Positions 46,186 to 55,321 of a stretch of 64,000 nucleotides of DNA are shown here, piece by piece (position 1 is the first letter of the stretch; each line of letters begins with the position of its first letter). The stretch is taken from positions 672,001 through 736,000 of the forward strand of contig CAWIIP010000004.1 of assembly GCA_963836235.1 (NCBI GenBank), in the 5' to 3' direction. The stretch is from an uncultured Pseudomonadota bacterium. GTDB taxonomy: Bacteria; Oederibacteriota; Muellerivitia; Muellerivitales; Muellerivitaceae. The notes beneath the pieces are model-generated. The model ran no database searches. It was not told the DNA's origin and saw nothing but the letters and a program-made list of their open reading frames with translations. Made by a program: the position numbers and the translations under genes.

Positions 46186-48757
46186 ATGCGCCGAATCCTA
46201 TTGTTTGCCGCTCTTATCCTTATTCCCGGCCCTGACCTGGGCTGACGATACCGCTTCTTTCTTTTCCCACGGCTGGGCGGACTCTTCCGGCAAGGACGGC
46301 AAGGGCGGGGTGAGCATCGTCGTGCAGGACGGCAAAACCAACTTCCTCGTGCGCCCCGACTTCGCTAAGGACAAAATCGATCCCGCGACGAATTCTGACC
46401 ATCCGGATTGGATCGTTTACGACAGCGACAGCAATAATGGCCAGTGCCTTTCCTTTGAGTACACTTGGATCACATCGGCGAACGACAAGTTCTGGGGCAA
46501 GAAATGGGCGGGCGGGGGAGTGGCCTTCGACAATTCTTGGGCGCTCCACGACTTTTCCAAGGCCAAGTACCTGATTTTTTCCGCCAAGACCAACGCGCCG
46601 GGTGTGGATTTCAACCTCGCCATCTCCGGGGCCACCGACGGCGTGCAGACCGGCAACGTCAAGATCGGCGACTTCGCCGAGGGCAAGAAAATCGGCGAGA
46701 CCTGGACCAAGGTAGTCATTCCCTTGGCCGCTTTCCCCAGCCTCGATAAGGTTGACCTTACCCAGTTGAAGACCCTACGTTTCGACCTGCAGGGGGAATA
46801 CCCGGAAAACACGCCGGTCCACGTTTATTTCGACAAGATGTATTTCACCGACAGCGCAATGGTGACCCCCGTGGAAAACCTGGGTTGGCTGAAAGTTCCC
46901 GGCGGCGTTCAGGTGATGTGGGACAAGGCCAATGACGACGGCATTTTGACTTACGATGTTTCAGTGGATGGTAAGGTGGTGGGCAAGGTGACGGGCGCGA
47001 AGAAGCGGCAGGTCAAGCTTCTCAACGGCGTCTTTAAAGACACCGCCAACCACGTGGTGGGCGTGGCCGCCGACAACGGCACCAAGGTTTCGGCCTTCGA
47101 GGCGGTCACCCTCAATGTGGCGCCCTCGCCCGCTGTATCGGCCACGGTGGCCGTGGCGGCGACGGCCAGCCATTCCATCTCGCCCTATATCTTTGGCTTC
47201 AACTACCTGGACGGCGAAACACTCAAGAAAGCGGGCGGCACCGTCAACCGCTGGGGCGGCAACGCCACCACCAATTACAACTGGAAGGAAGACGCCGACA
47301 ACAAGGGCCAGGATTGGTACTACCTCAACAGCGCGGGGGCCTACGCCACCGAAAAGGACAAGCGCTACGCCAAGGCCATCACCGACGCTTTCAGCGCCGG
47401 TTCGCAAATGATCATCACCATTCCCAACATCGATTGGGTGGCTAAAGCGCCCCCGCTCGGTGGTAAGGAATTGGCTTCCTTTCCTGTCGCGCTTTATCCC
47501 GGCCAGACCGGCAACGACGGCCAGGGCTCAGGCAACGGTCTGTTGGCGGGTGGCAAGAAGGTTTGGGGCAACGACCCCAATGCCAATTATGTCCCCAATT
47601 CCCCCGCGTTCCAGGAAGAATGGGTGAAGACCATCGTTCAAAACTACGGCCTTTCCACCCAAGGCGGGGTGAAGTTTTACCAAATGGACAACGAGCCGGG
47701 CTTGTGGAATGAGAACCACCGGGACGTGTGCCCCAAGGGCATCGGGTTTGACGACTTGGTGAACAACAACGCCAAATACGCCGCCGCCGTCAAGGACGCG
47801 GACCCCAACGCTCAGGTGATCGGCTTCACCGCCTGGGGCGTCATGGAACTGGCCGGGTCGGATTGGGATGGCATGCCAGGCGGCGTGCAAGGATACCAAA
47901 ATAAGGATGGGGCCGGGGAAAAGTGGACGGACCGGAAAGCCCACGGCGGCATTACCCAGCTCGAGTATTACCTGCGGGAAATGAACAAGCGTTCCCAACT
48001 GGCGGGCAAGCGGCTGATTGATTACGTGGACAACCATGGTTTCCCGGAAGTCTATGGCACCGACGCAAAAGGCAACAAGGTCAATATCCTCCGGGTGGAT
48101 TGCGATTATGACCCGCTCATCACCCCCCAGCAGTTCGAGGCCATGCGCATCTTTTGGGACCCCACCTTTACCAGCCCGGACAGCTGGTGCGCCAACACCG
48201 GCAACAAGCCCTACTTGTGGGACCCCTGGGTGGGTCTGATTCCCAAGCTCAAGAAAATCATCGCGGACAACTATCCCGGCACGAAGCTTTCTATGACCGA
48301 GTATTACCCGACGGACACGAATTATTTCACCGGCGCCCTCCTGGAGGCGGTGAACCTGGGCATTTTCATGAGGGAAGGCATGGATATGGCCTGCGACTGG
48401 GACGGAACCCATCCCGGCAACTACGTTTTCTGGGGACACAAGCTCTTCAGCGACTATGACGATAGGGGGAGCAAGATCGGGGGCAACTACCTGCCCGCCA
48501 CCAGTTCTTCCCCGGACCTCTATTCTTTCGGCGCCAACGACGGCAAAAAGACCTTCGTGATGCTGATCAACAAGAACCACGATACCGCCCAGGACACCGC
48601 CATCACCCTGCCCCAGGCCGTCACCCGGTACGAGACCTATACCCTGGCCCAAACCTCAGGGAAGCGCCTTTACGATTCCGGCCCCCTGGCCGCCACCGGG
48701 GCGGGGCTAACCCTGGAAGTCCCGGCCTTCTCAGCCATTCTGTTAGTAGCTGAATAA
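46186..48757 (+). CDS. Secreted GH44 endoglucanase/xyloglucanase with N-terminal CBM-like domain (apparent +1 frameshift in signal peptide)
   Basis: NRWGGNATTNYNW, YQMDNEPGLW..NHRD (acid/base), KLSMTEY (nucleophile); AAGGAG RBS + ATG 46186 joins the long ORF if one C of CCC 46225-46227 is removed. Confidence 0.88.
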
Positions 48758-48770
48758 GGTTTTAGTCGTG

Positions 48771-48807
48771 AAAGCCCGGTTTCCCGCAGGGGGGGCCGGG
48801 CTTTTTT
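48771..48807 (+). terminator. Rho-independent terminator after GH44
   Basis: AAAGCCCGGTTTCC-CGCAG-GGGGGCCGGGCTTT (with G-U pairs) followed by a T run. Confidence 0.85.
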
Positions 48808-49056
48808 ATTGGCCTATCCCTCATTAAAAATTCCCCACTTTGGAAAAGGAGGGGAAGAAGGATTTAGTCTTTCAATGATGTTATTGGCCCAAATCGCCCT
48901 CAAGCCCCTTTTTCATATTGTTCATCCATTTAAACCAAGATGAGGCAGCATTGTGCTTAACACAAAGTAGGAGGTTTATATCGAACCTTTACTCCCGTTT
49001 GAGGACTTCCAATATACTATCCCTGTTTCCATTAACTCTTCCAAAGGCATTGCCCC

Positions 49057-50166
49057 GTGAAAAAACCTCATTCCCGAAAGCCGAAAGCGAAGAAGGCTTT
49101 GAAAGAGAAGAGTATCGATAAGTCCGTTCTTCAACAGGAACTGCGGATGTTCAACCGGATTATCGACGGCATGAGGAACGAGCTTTCCTACATCGATCTG
49201 CTCAAACTCACCGTGACTTGCGTCTGCAAGGGGCTGGGATATGACCGGGCGGGGATTTTCCTGGTGGAACCCGACGGCAAATCCATTTCCCGGGCCATCG
49301 GGGTGGACTCCCGGGGCAAGTTCGAGTTGGCGACCAGCTACAAGGACCCTGTTTTGGACAAAAAGGGCTTCAGCATCTTCTCCGACCTGGTTTTCGGCTA
49401 CAAAAAATCCTTCTACACCAGCAACCTGCTGGAGCGTTTCCCCGAGCTGGTCGGCAAGGTGGACAAGGGGGTTACCTGCAACGCCAATGTGCCCATCCTC
49501 GTGGGGAAAAAGAGGATCATCGGGGTGCTGGCCGTGGACAACCTCTTTACCAAGAGGGATTTGACTAGCCAGGACATCAGCTCCCTCACCAATTTCGCCG
49601 TCCAGGCGGGAATGGCCATTGAAACCATCCGACTGCATGAACAGGTGCGCCAGCTTTCAGTTACTGACGGCTTAACCCAAATTTACAACCGCCGCTATTT
49701 CGAGAAGTTTCTCGCGGACGAACTGGAACGCAGCCGCCGTTACAAGCACCCCTGCGGCGTGCTTTACATGGACCTGGACCATTTCAAGGAAGTGAACGAC
49801 AAGTTCGGCCATCCGGTCGGGGATGAGCTGCTGAAGAACGTGGCCCAACTTTTGAAAAAAACCCTCCGCAACAATATTGACGTGGTGGCGCGGCTGGGCG
49901 GCGATGAGTTTGGCGTGATCCTTCCGGAAACCCCTGCCCAGGACGTGGTTCTCGTGGCCGAGCGTCTTTTGAACGTGGTCGAAAAGGCGCGGGCGCCGCT
50001 GCAACAACTGGAAGCCTGCCTGCACCCGGTGACCTTCAGCATCGGGGTGGCCACCTTCCCGGACAGCGCCGACAAGCCGGACGACCTGGTGCGGATGGCC
50101 GACAAGAGCCTTTACGATGCCAAGAACGCGGGCCGGAACCAAGTGGGGTCTTTTCCCCGGAAGTGA
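49057..50166 (+). CDS. GAF-GGDEF diguanylate cyclase
   Basis: GAF (YDRAGIFL...VPILVGKKRIIGVLAVDN); TDGLTQIYNRRYF, DLDHFKEVNDKFGHPVGD, RLGGDEF, ADKSLYDAK. Confidence 0.93.
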   Translation: MKKPHSRKPKAKKALKEKSIDKSVLQQELRMFNRIIDGMRNELSYIDLLKLTVTCVCKGLGYDRAGIFLVEPDGKSISRAIGVDSRGKFELATSYKDPVLDKKGFSIFSDLVFGYKKSFYTSNLLERFPELVGKVDKGVTCNANVPILVGKKRIIGVLAVDNLFTKRDLTSQDISSLTNFAVQAGMAIETIRLHEQVRQLSVTDGLTQIYNRRYFEKFLADELERSRRYKHPCGVLYMDLDHFKEVNDKFGHPVGDELLKNVAQLLKKTLRNNIDVVARLGGDEFGVILPETPAQDVVLVAERLLNVVEKARAPLQQLEACLHPVTFSIGVATFPDSADKPDDLVRMADKSLYDAKNAGRNQVGSFPRK

Positions 50167-50267
50167 TTCCTTTCAGCCCGGGTGAAGTGAAAATTTTCCA
50201 TTCTTCAACGCCGTTAATACAAAGACATATCATTTTGAATTATTAACTGCGGCTTAAAGTCCATGGA

Positions 50268-50314
50268 TTGACCCTTTTAATGACTCGTGCTATTGTAATT
50301 ACAACGTAATTACG
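50268..50314 (+). promoter_or_regulatory. sigma70 promoter with overlapping palindromic TA operator
   Basis: TTGACC (50268)-17 nt-TATTGT (50291) with extended TG; palindromes TTGTAATTACAA (50293-50304) and CGTAATTACG (50305-50314). Confidence 0.7.
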
Positions 50315-50364
50315 CTTTAAATGACCCGTGTTATTCGAAACAAGAGGTCAAAATGGAGGCCGCC

Positions 50365-50616
50365 ATGAAAGCCCAAATCATTCAAATTGGAAATTCTAAA
50401 GGTATTCGGATTCCCCGGCCCCTCTTGGAGCAATGCCAATTGGAGAATGAGGTCGAACTGGAAGCCCAGCCGGGACAATTGGTGGTCCGCCCGGTAGGTG
50501 GGCCGCGTCATGGGTGGGCCGCGGCTTTTGAAAAAATGGCCCGGTATGGCGACGACGAGCTTTTGGACGATGGCGGTCCCGCCACTCAATGGTCCCGTAA
50601 GGACTGGAAATGGTAA
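50365..50616 (+). CDS. mazE: AbrB/MazE-family antitoxin
   Basis: MKAQIIQIGNSKGIRIP swapped-hairpin motif; GGAGG RBS; overlaps the toxin start. Confidence 0.9.
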   Translation: MKAQIIQIGNSKGIRIPRPLLEQCQLENEVELEAQPGQLVVRPVGGPRHGWAAAFEKMARYGDDELLDDGGPATQWSRKDWKW

Positions 50617-50933
50617 TTACCCGTTTCGAGGTACATTTGGTTCGCTTGGATCCGACCGAGGGGAGCGAAATCAAGAAAACCAGACCATGTCTCGTCATTT
50701 CACCGGACGACATGAACCAATATATCCGGACGGTGATCGTGGCTCCTATGACTAGCAAGGGCAAGGATTATCCCACCCGCGTTCCTGTCGAATTTCAAGG
50801 CAAACAAGGACAGGTTGTTTTGGACCAGATTCGAACGGTGGACAAATCCCGCTTGGCGAAAAGGTTGGGCAAGATAAGCGATTCCACCTCGGAAAAAGTT
50901 TTGCGGCTGTTGGCCGAAATGTTCGCCCCTTAA
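50610..50933 (+). CDS. mazF: PemK/MazF-family mRNA interferase toxin
   Basis: LDPTEGSEIKKTRPCLVISP, VIVAPMTS, LDQIRTVDKSRL. Confidence 0.93.
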   Translation: MVITRFEVHLVRLDPTEGSEIKKTRPCLVISPDDMNQYIRTVIVAPMTSKGKDYPTRVPVEFQGKQGQVVLDQIRTVDKSRLAKRLGKISDSTSEKVLRLLAEMFAP

Positions 50934-51195
50934 TCGCTTCGGTTTTATATTCAACTGGTCGCGTATGAACGCGCTTATCGAATTTCCAATTGCTTCGTCT
51001 TGCCGCTCCCAAGTTCATTCCAATCTCGTTTAACCAAAAAACGTTTCGATCCGAACTTTTTTTGAGAGTAATCGTAAGTCCCTAAATAGGCTTCTTTTTA
51101 TTTGGCGCCTTCCCGAAAAAATAAAATAATAATTCATCGATGCTTTTGACGCCCTTCCCATTTCCACCTCGCCAAGATTTTTTCAGGAGGGAAAT

Positions 51196-51669
51196 ATGAA
51201 CAGTCTCAAAACCACGGATAGAGCTGTGGATATTCTTTTGGCGGAAGACAATCCGACCGATGTGTTCTTCATCAAGGAAGCCCTCAAGCGGTGCCGGTTT
51301 TCGGTCCGCCTGGGGGTCGTTCGCAACGGCGAGGAGGCCTTGACCTATCTGCGCCACCAGGGGTCATTCGCTGAGCGGCCCCACCCCGATTTGGTCATGC
51401 TGGATTTGAACCTTCCTCGAAAAAATGGTTGGGAAGTCCTGACGGAAATAAAACAGGATTATGAATTGAACCCCATACCTGTCCTGATCATCACCACTTA
51501 CAATAACGCGGCCGACGCGCACCGCGCTTACCGATTGAACGCGGATTTTTATATGGTGAAGCCCCTGAACATGGCCCAATTTCCGATATTGACCAAATCC
51601 ATTGAGCGTTTTTTGGGAGGCACTCTCCACTGGCTCGAGCATTGGCGGGCTGATACCGCGCGTTCTTAA
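51196..51669 (+). CDS. Single-domain response regulator (Rcp1-like)
   Basis: ILLAEDNPTD, PDLVMLDLNLPRKNG, PVLIITT, YMVKP; AGGAGG RBS. Confidence 0.88.
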   Translation: MNSLKTTDRAVDILLAEDNPTDVFFIKEALKRCRFSVRLGVVRNGEEALTYLRHQGSFAERPHPDLVMLDLNLPRKNGWEVLTEIKQDYELNPIPVLIITTYNNAADAHRAYRLNADFYMVKPLNMAQFPILTKSIERFLGGTLHWLEHWRADTARS

Positions 51670-51785
51670 TGGGAGGAGTTTTAAAGGTGTTAACTCTGTA
51701 AAACTGTTGATTTGTATGGTTTTTTGCGCGTTGTGGAAAAGGCGAAACCCCTCTATACTTTTTTGGGTATGGAGGTGGCGATATC

Positions 51786-53882
51786 GTGAAGAAAATTATT
51801 TCGCTGGGTTTATTTGTTCTTCTTTCCGGTTTCTTACTTTTGTCACAAGGTTGTCCCGGGAAAGTCGCCCTGGTTTCCCCCGTCACGCCCCCGACACCCA
51901 CCATTTCGGATACCCCTTGCGGGTATCCGGGCAATACCTGCACCTTTACCTTTACCTCCAGCCCCACGAACACTGGCACATCAACGCCTTCGGCAACGCC
52001 CACTAGCAGTCCCACGAAAACCGATACGGCGACGATTACTAACACTCCAACGATTACCAATAGCTTTACGGCCACTGCGACTCCCACCCTTACGCCCACC
52101 GGTACCCTGTCACCGAGCCTTACCCCGACCTTCACCGGATCTCCGGTAGCGACAAGCACCCAAACGCCTTTGGCGACTCCGGCGGGTTTGTTAGGCTGGT
52201 ATAACCCCACGGATTACCCACAGATTTATTGGGTCAGCTCCACCGACCCCAATGTTACGGGTTACAACATTTACGTCAGTAATGGTTCGTCCACCGTGTT
52301 GGGGGGGAGCATCGCCAAAAGCGGTGTCTTCATGGAGTCCACCGACAGCGCCAGCACCAGCTTCAATAAGTCCTATTGGGTTGTCGCCACGGGGGCCGGG
52401 GGAAACATGAGCGGGCCTTCCCGTGTTGTTCACGCCGTTAGCGGCCCTATCGTCCTGAACAGCCTGAGTCTTTCTTCCAACACCAGCGGATCACCGGTCT
52501 CTTTTAACATTACGGGCGGTTCGGTGGCGGGCGCGACGCTGAGAAGCTGGCTTGTTTACCAGACCGGTACCGGAACCATTGTCTGGTTATGGGGTGAGGA
52601 ATCGGCCAGCCACACTTCCATGGATTACGGCGAGAATAGCTACGGAACGACCTACTATCCGGCCCAACCCCTAACCGCCGGAGTGACCTACACCCTGAAC
52701 GTCCATACCTACAACAATCAAAATTGGGAAATCGACATGAGCACGATCAACTTCGTCATTTCCGCCTCACCGACCGTCACCCCGACTCCCGTCCTTACGT
52801 CCACCCCTACCTCCAGCGCGACCTCCACCCCTAGCCCGACTATCACGAATACGCCAACTATATCCAATACACCTACTTCCAGCGCCACGAGCACCGCTTC
52901 GAACACGCCGACAGCCACGCTAGGGCCCTTCGCTTGCGCCGAAAGCACCAGTGGCCTTCCCGCTCCCGCACCGATCACCCTTTCGGGTCCGGCCACCGAT
53001 TTCGCGGCCCTTTGTAACGGCTGGGTGCTGGTGGGAAATGAAAACACCTATCAAATTCAGATGGTGAATGTTTTGAGCGGGACTGTGACTACCCTTTGCA
53101 CCCTGCCCGCGGCACCGGGCGTCATGAAATACGACGCTTCGACAACCTTCCTCTACGTTGCCATGGCCGGAGTTTCGGAGGTGGCCCGGGTGAATGTCGC
53201 CACGGGTTCGGAGACAAATATTTCCACCGCAGGGCCCGTCAGTTTCTTGGCCGTTGGCAATAACGGAATAGTGTTTGCTTCCATCAACAGCCTGAACAGC
53301 ATCGAGGTCATCAATGGCCCGGCGGCTTCGGCCCAGACCATCGCCGTAACCAGTCCCCCCTATTATGGAAGTTTGGTGGGCTACGACAAAACCAGGAATT
53401 ATTTATTTATGGGCGGCAACGGATTGTCGCCGGCCCAAATCGTGAACTATTCTTATAACACCGGCACCACGGTTTTGAGCGCCCAGCTTTACAGTTATAG
53501 CGGCGGGGGCAATGGATCGGAAATCGCCGTTTCGGCGGACGGCAATCATCTGGCTTTCCCCAGTGGGGGTGGGAATAACTCGACGGGTTATTCGACCGAT
53601 GATTTCAGCCCCGCCAACCTGACTTACACTAATTCATGGGCAACCTCCAATTACCCCACTTCCGGGGATTTCAGCCCTGACAGCACCCATTTTGCCTTTA
53701 CGGACAGGACCAATATTCAGGTTTGGGGTACCAGTAGTTATGCGACCCCTTTAACCAGCGTCGCCCCCTCAAAAGTTCCGAACATTCTCAAAGTTCGCTA
53801 TTCCCTGGGAGGAGACTATGTTTTCGCTCTGGGTACGGACTCCACTCCCCACACCCTGTTGACCTGGATCGCCAGTCCTTAA
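51786..53882 (+). CDS. Lipoprotein with two Thr/Pro-rich linkers, FN3-like middle region and C-terminal beta-propeller-like domain
   Basis: Lipobox LSQGC; TPTNT/TATPT tracts; VTGYNIY (FN3-like); IAVSADG and DFSPDS propeller blades. Confidence 0.75.
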   Translation: MKKIISLGLFVLLSGFLLLSQGCPGKVALVSPVTPPTPTISDTPCGYPGNTCTFTFTSSPTNTGTSTPSATPTSSPTKTDTATITNTPTITNSFTATATPTLTPTGTLSPSLTPTFTGSPVATSTQTPLATPAGLLGWYNPTDYPQIYWVSSTDPNVTGYNIYVSNGSSTVLGGSIAKSGVFMESTDSASTSFNKSYWVVATGAGGNMSGPSRVVHAVSGPIVLNSLSLSSNTSGSPVSFNITGGSVAGATLRSWLVYQTGTGTIVWLWGEESASHTSMDYGENSYGTTYYPAQPLTAGVTYTLNVHTYNNQNWEIDMSTINFVISASPTVTPTPVLTSTPTSSATSTPSPTITNTPTISNTPTSSATSTASNTPTATLGPFACAESTSGLPAPAPITLSGPATDFAALCNGWVLVGNENTYQIQMVNVLSGTVTTLCTLPAAPGVMKYDASTTFLYVAMAGVSEVARVNVATGSETNISTAGPVSFLAVGNNGIVFASINSLNSIEVINGPAASAQTIAVTSPPYYGSLVGYDKTRNYLFMGGNGLSPAQIVNYSYNTGTTVLSAQLYSYSGGGNGSEIAVSADGNHLAFPSGGGNNSTGYSTDDFSPANLTYTNSWATSNYPTSGDFSPDSTHFAFTDRTNIQVWGTSSYATPLTSVAPSKVPNILKVRYSLGGDYVFALGTDSTPHTLLTWIASP

Positions 53883-54003
53883 GAGGATTTCGCCGATAGT
53901 CGAGAGCCCCATTGGCCGCAGTGTTTGCTTTCCCCCTCAGACAATCCCACCGGCCCATCGTGTAATATAGCCATCATCTCGGGATTCTTTAAAAGATGGG
54001 GTT

Positions 54004-54465
54004 ATGAAAAAAAGAGCTTTATTCCTTTTCCTGCTGGGGACCCTTCAGATAGTGGGGAACTGCAGCCACACCCGCTGGATGCAGAACCTGGGTTTCGCCA
54101 CGGCGGCTTCTCCCGCACCCATGGTGTTTTGCGGCGTGGGGGAACAGGAAAGTTTCGCCAACCGCTATTTTTTGGACTGGAAGGACTCCCAAGGCGAGAG
54201 CCATTCAATCCCTATCGACCACTTAGTCCTGGCCCGATTGAAGGGGCCGGAAGCCCGGCGCAGCATGTACCTTCTGACCCTGGAGGGTGATTCCACCGGA
54301 TGGCCTTCGCTGAACCGTTCCATCCGGGGCTATTTCGATTGCGGCCTGCTGTTGGAAGAATGGGGCATCCAACCGCAGAGCCTTCAATGGCCGGTCACCA
54401 TTCGAGAGGTGCCTGCTGCCGGTTTGGCGGCCCGAGCGATCCCTTATGGTGACCCATGCCACTGA
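54004..54465 (+). CDS. Hypothetical membrane/exported protein, partner of the HTTM-domain gene
   Basis: N-terminal hydrophobic segment, AASPAPMVF motif; overlaps the next gene by 10 nt. Confidence 0.65.
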   Translation: MKKRALFLFLLGTLQIVGNCSHTRWMQNLGFATAASPAPMVFCGVGEQESFANRYFLDWKDSQGESHSIPIDHLVLARLKGPEARRSMYLLTLEGDSTGWPSLNRSIRGYFDCGLLLEEWGIQPQSLQWPVTIREVPAAGLAARAIPYGDPCH

Positions 54466-55310
54466 AAAACGGGTGGACGGGAGGGTACTACAGCCTCTTT
54501 CGGGCCCTGCTGGGTTTTTCACTATTTGTTTACTTTCTCCAGCTTTTACCCTGGGGAATGGAACTGTTTTCCAACCTGGGAGCCTTGGCCACTTTCGAGC
54601 AAAAACACGGCGCCGCTTACTTTCCAAACATCCTCGCTCTTTGGAACAGTCCGGTGGCGGTCATGGCTTTGCTGGCCTTGGGAGCGGTCCTGGGTGTTCT
54701 TTTGGCCATAGGGTTCAGGGACCGGCTGGCGGCGATAGGCCTTTGGTACCTCTGGGCTTGCCTGTTGGACCGTAATCCCTTCATCCTGAATCCGGAGCTT
54801 CCTTACATCGGCTGGATATTGCTGGCGCATGCATGCCTGCCTGGGGCGCCCACTGGTTCCTGGGAGGCCCGTCAGCGGCCCGAACAGGGAATGACCTGGA
54901 CATTTCCCTGGTCGATTCAGGAGGCCGCCTGGTGGGTGGTTGGGCTGAGCTACAGTTACAGCGGCTTTTACAAGCTTCTTACCCCAGCCTGGAAAGACGG
55001 GACGGCCTTGTTTTGGATTCTCCAGCACCCCTTGAGCCGGGAAAATCTTTTTTGCCGGGCTTTGCTGGGGTTACCCGGCCCTTGTTTGATGGGACTCACC
55101 TGGATCGTGGCTTGGATGGAATTTCTCTACTGGCCGTTAGCCCTCTTTCGACGGGCCCGTCCCTGGGTTTGGACGGAGACGATCCTGCTTCATCTGGCCC
55201 TGATGTTGCTCATGGATTTTTTCTGGATTAGCTGGGGAATGATTTTGGTCCAGCTTTTTCTTTTCGACCCGGCTTGGCTGAAGTCCGGGTTGAAAAGTGA
55301 AAAGGGCTGA
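54456..55310 (+). CDS. HTTM-domain (vitamin K-dependent carboxylase/SdpB-like) membrane protein
   Basis: Multiple TMs; LFRALLG, RNPFILNP, YSYSGFYKLLTPAWKDGTAL, LLHL. Confidence 0.7.
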   Translation: MPLKNGWTGGYYSLFRALLGFSLFVYFLQLLPWGMELFSNLGALATFEQKHGAAYFPNILALWNSPVAVMALLALGAVLGVLLAIGFRDRLAAIGLWYLWACLLDRNPFILNPELPYIGWILLAHACLPGAPTGSWEARQRPEQGMTWTFPWSIQEAAWWVVGLSYSYSGFYKLLTPAWKDGTALFWILQHPLSRENLFCRALLGLPGPCLMGLTWIVAWMEFLYWPLALFRRARPWVWTETILLHLALMLLMDFFWISWGMILVQLFLFDPAWLKSGLKSEKG

Positions 55311-55321
55311 TCCGATTGTGA

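Noticed and set aside
40125-48652. Long opposite-strand ORFs over GH31, GH2 and GH44 (326, 378 and 374 aa)
   Set aside because: Codon-bias shadows fully overlapping well-supported CDSs
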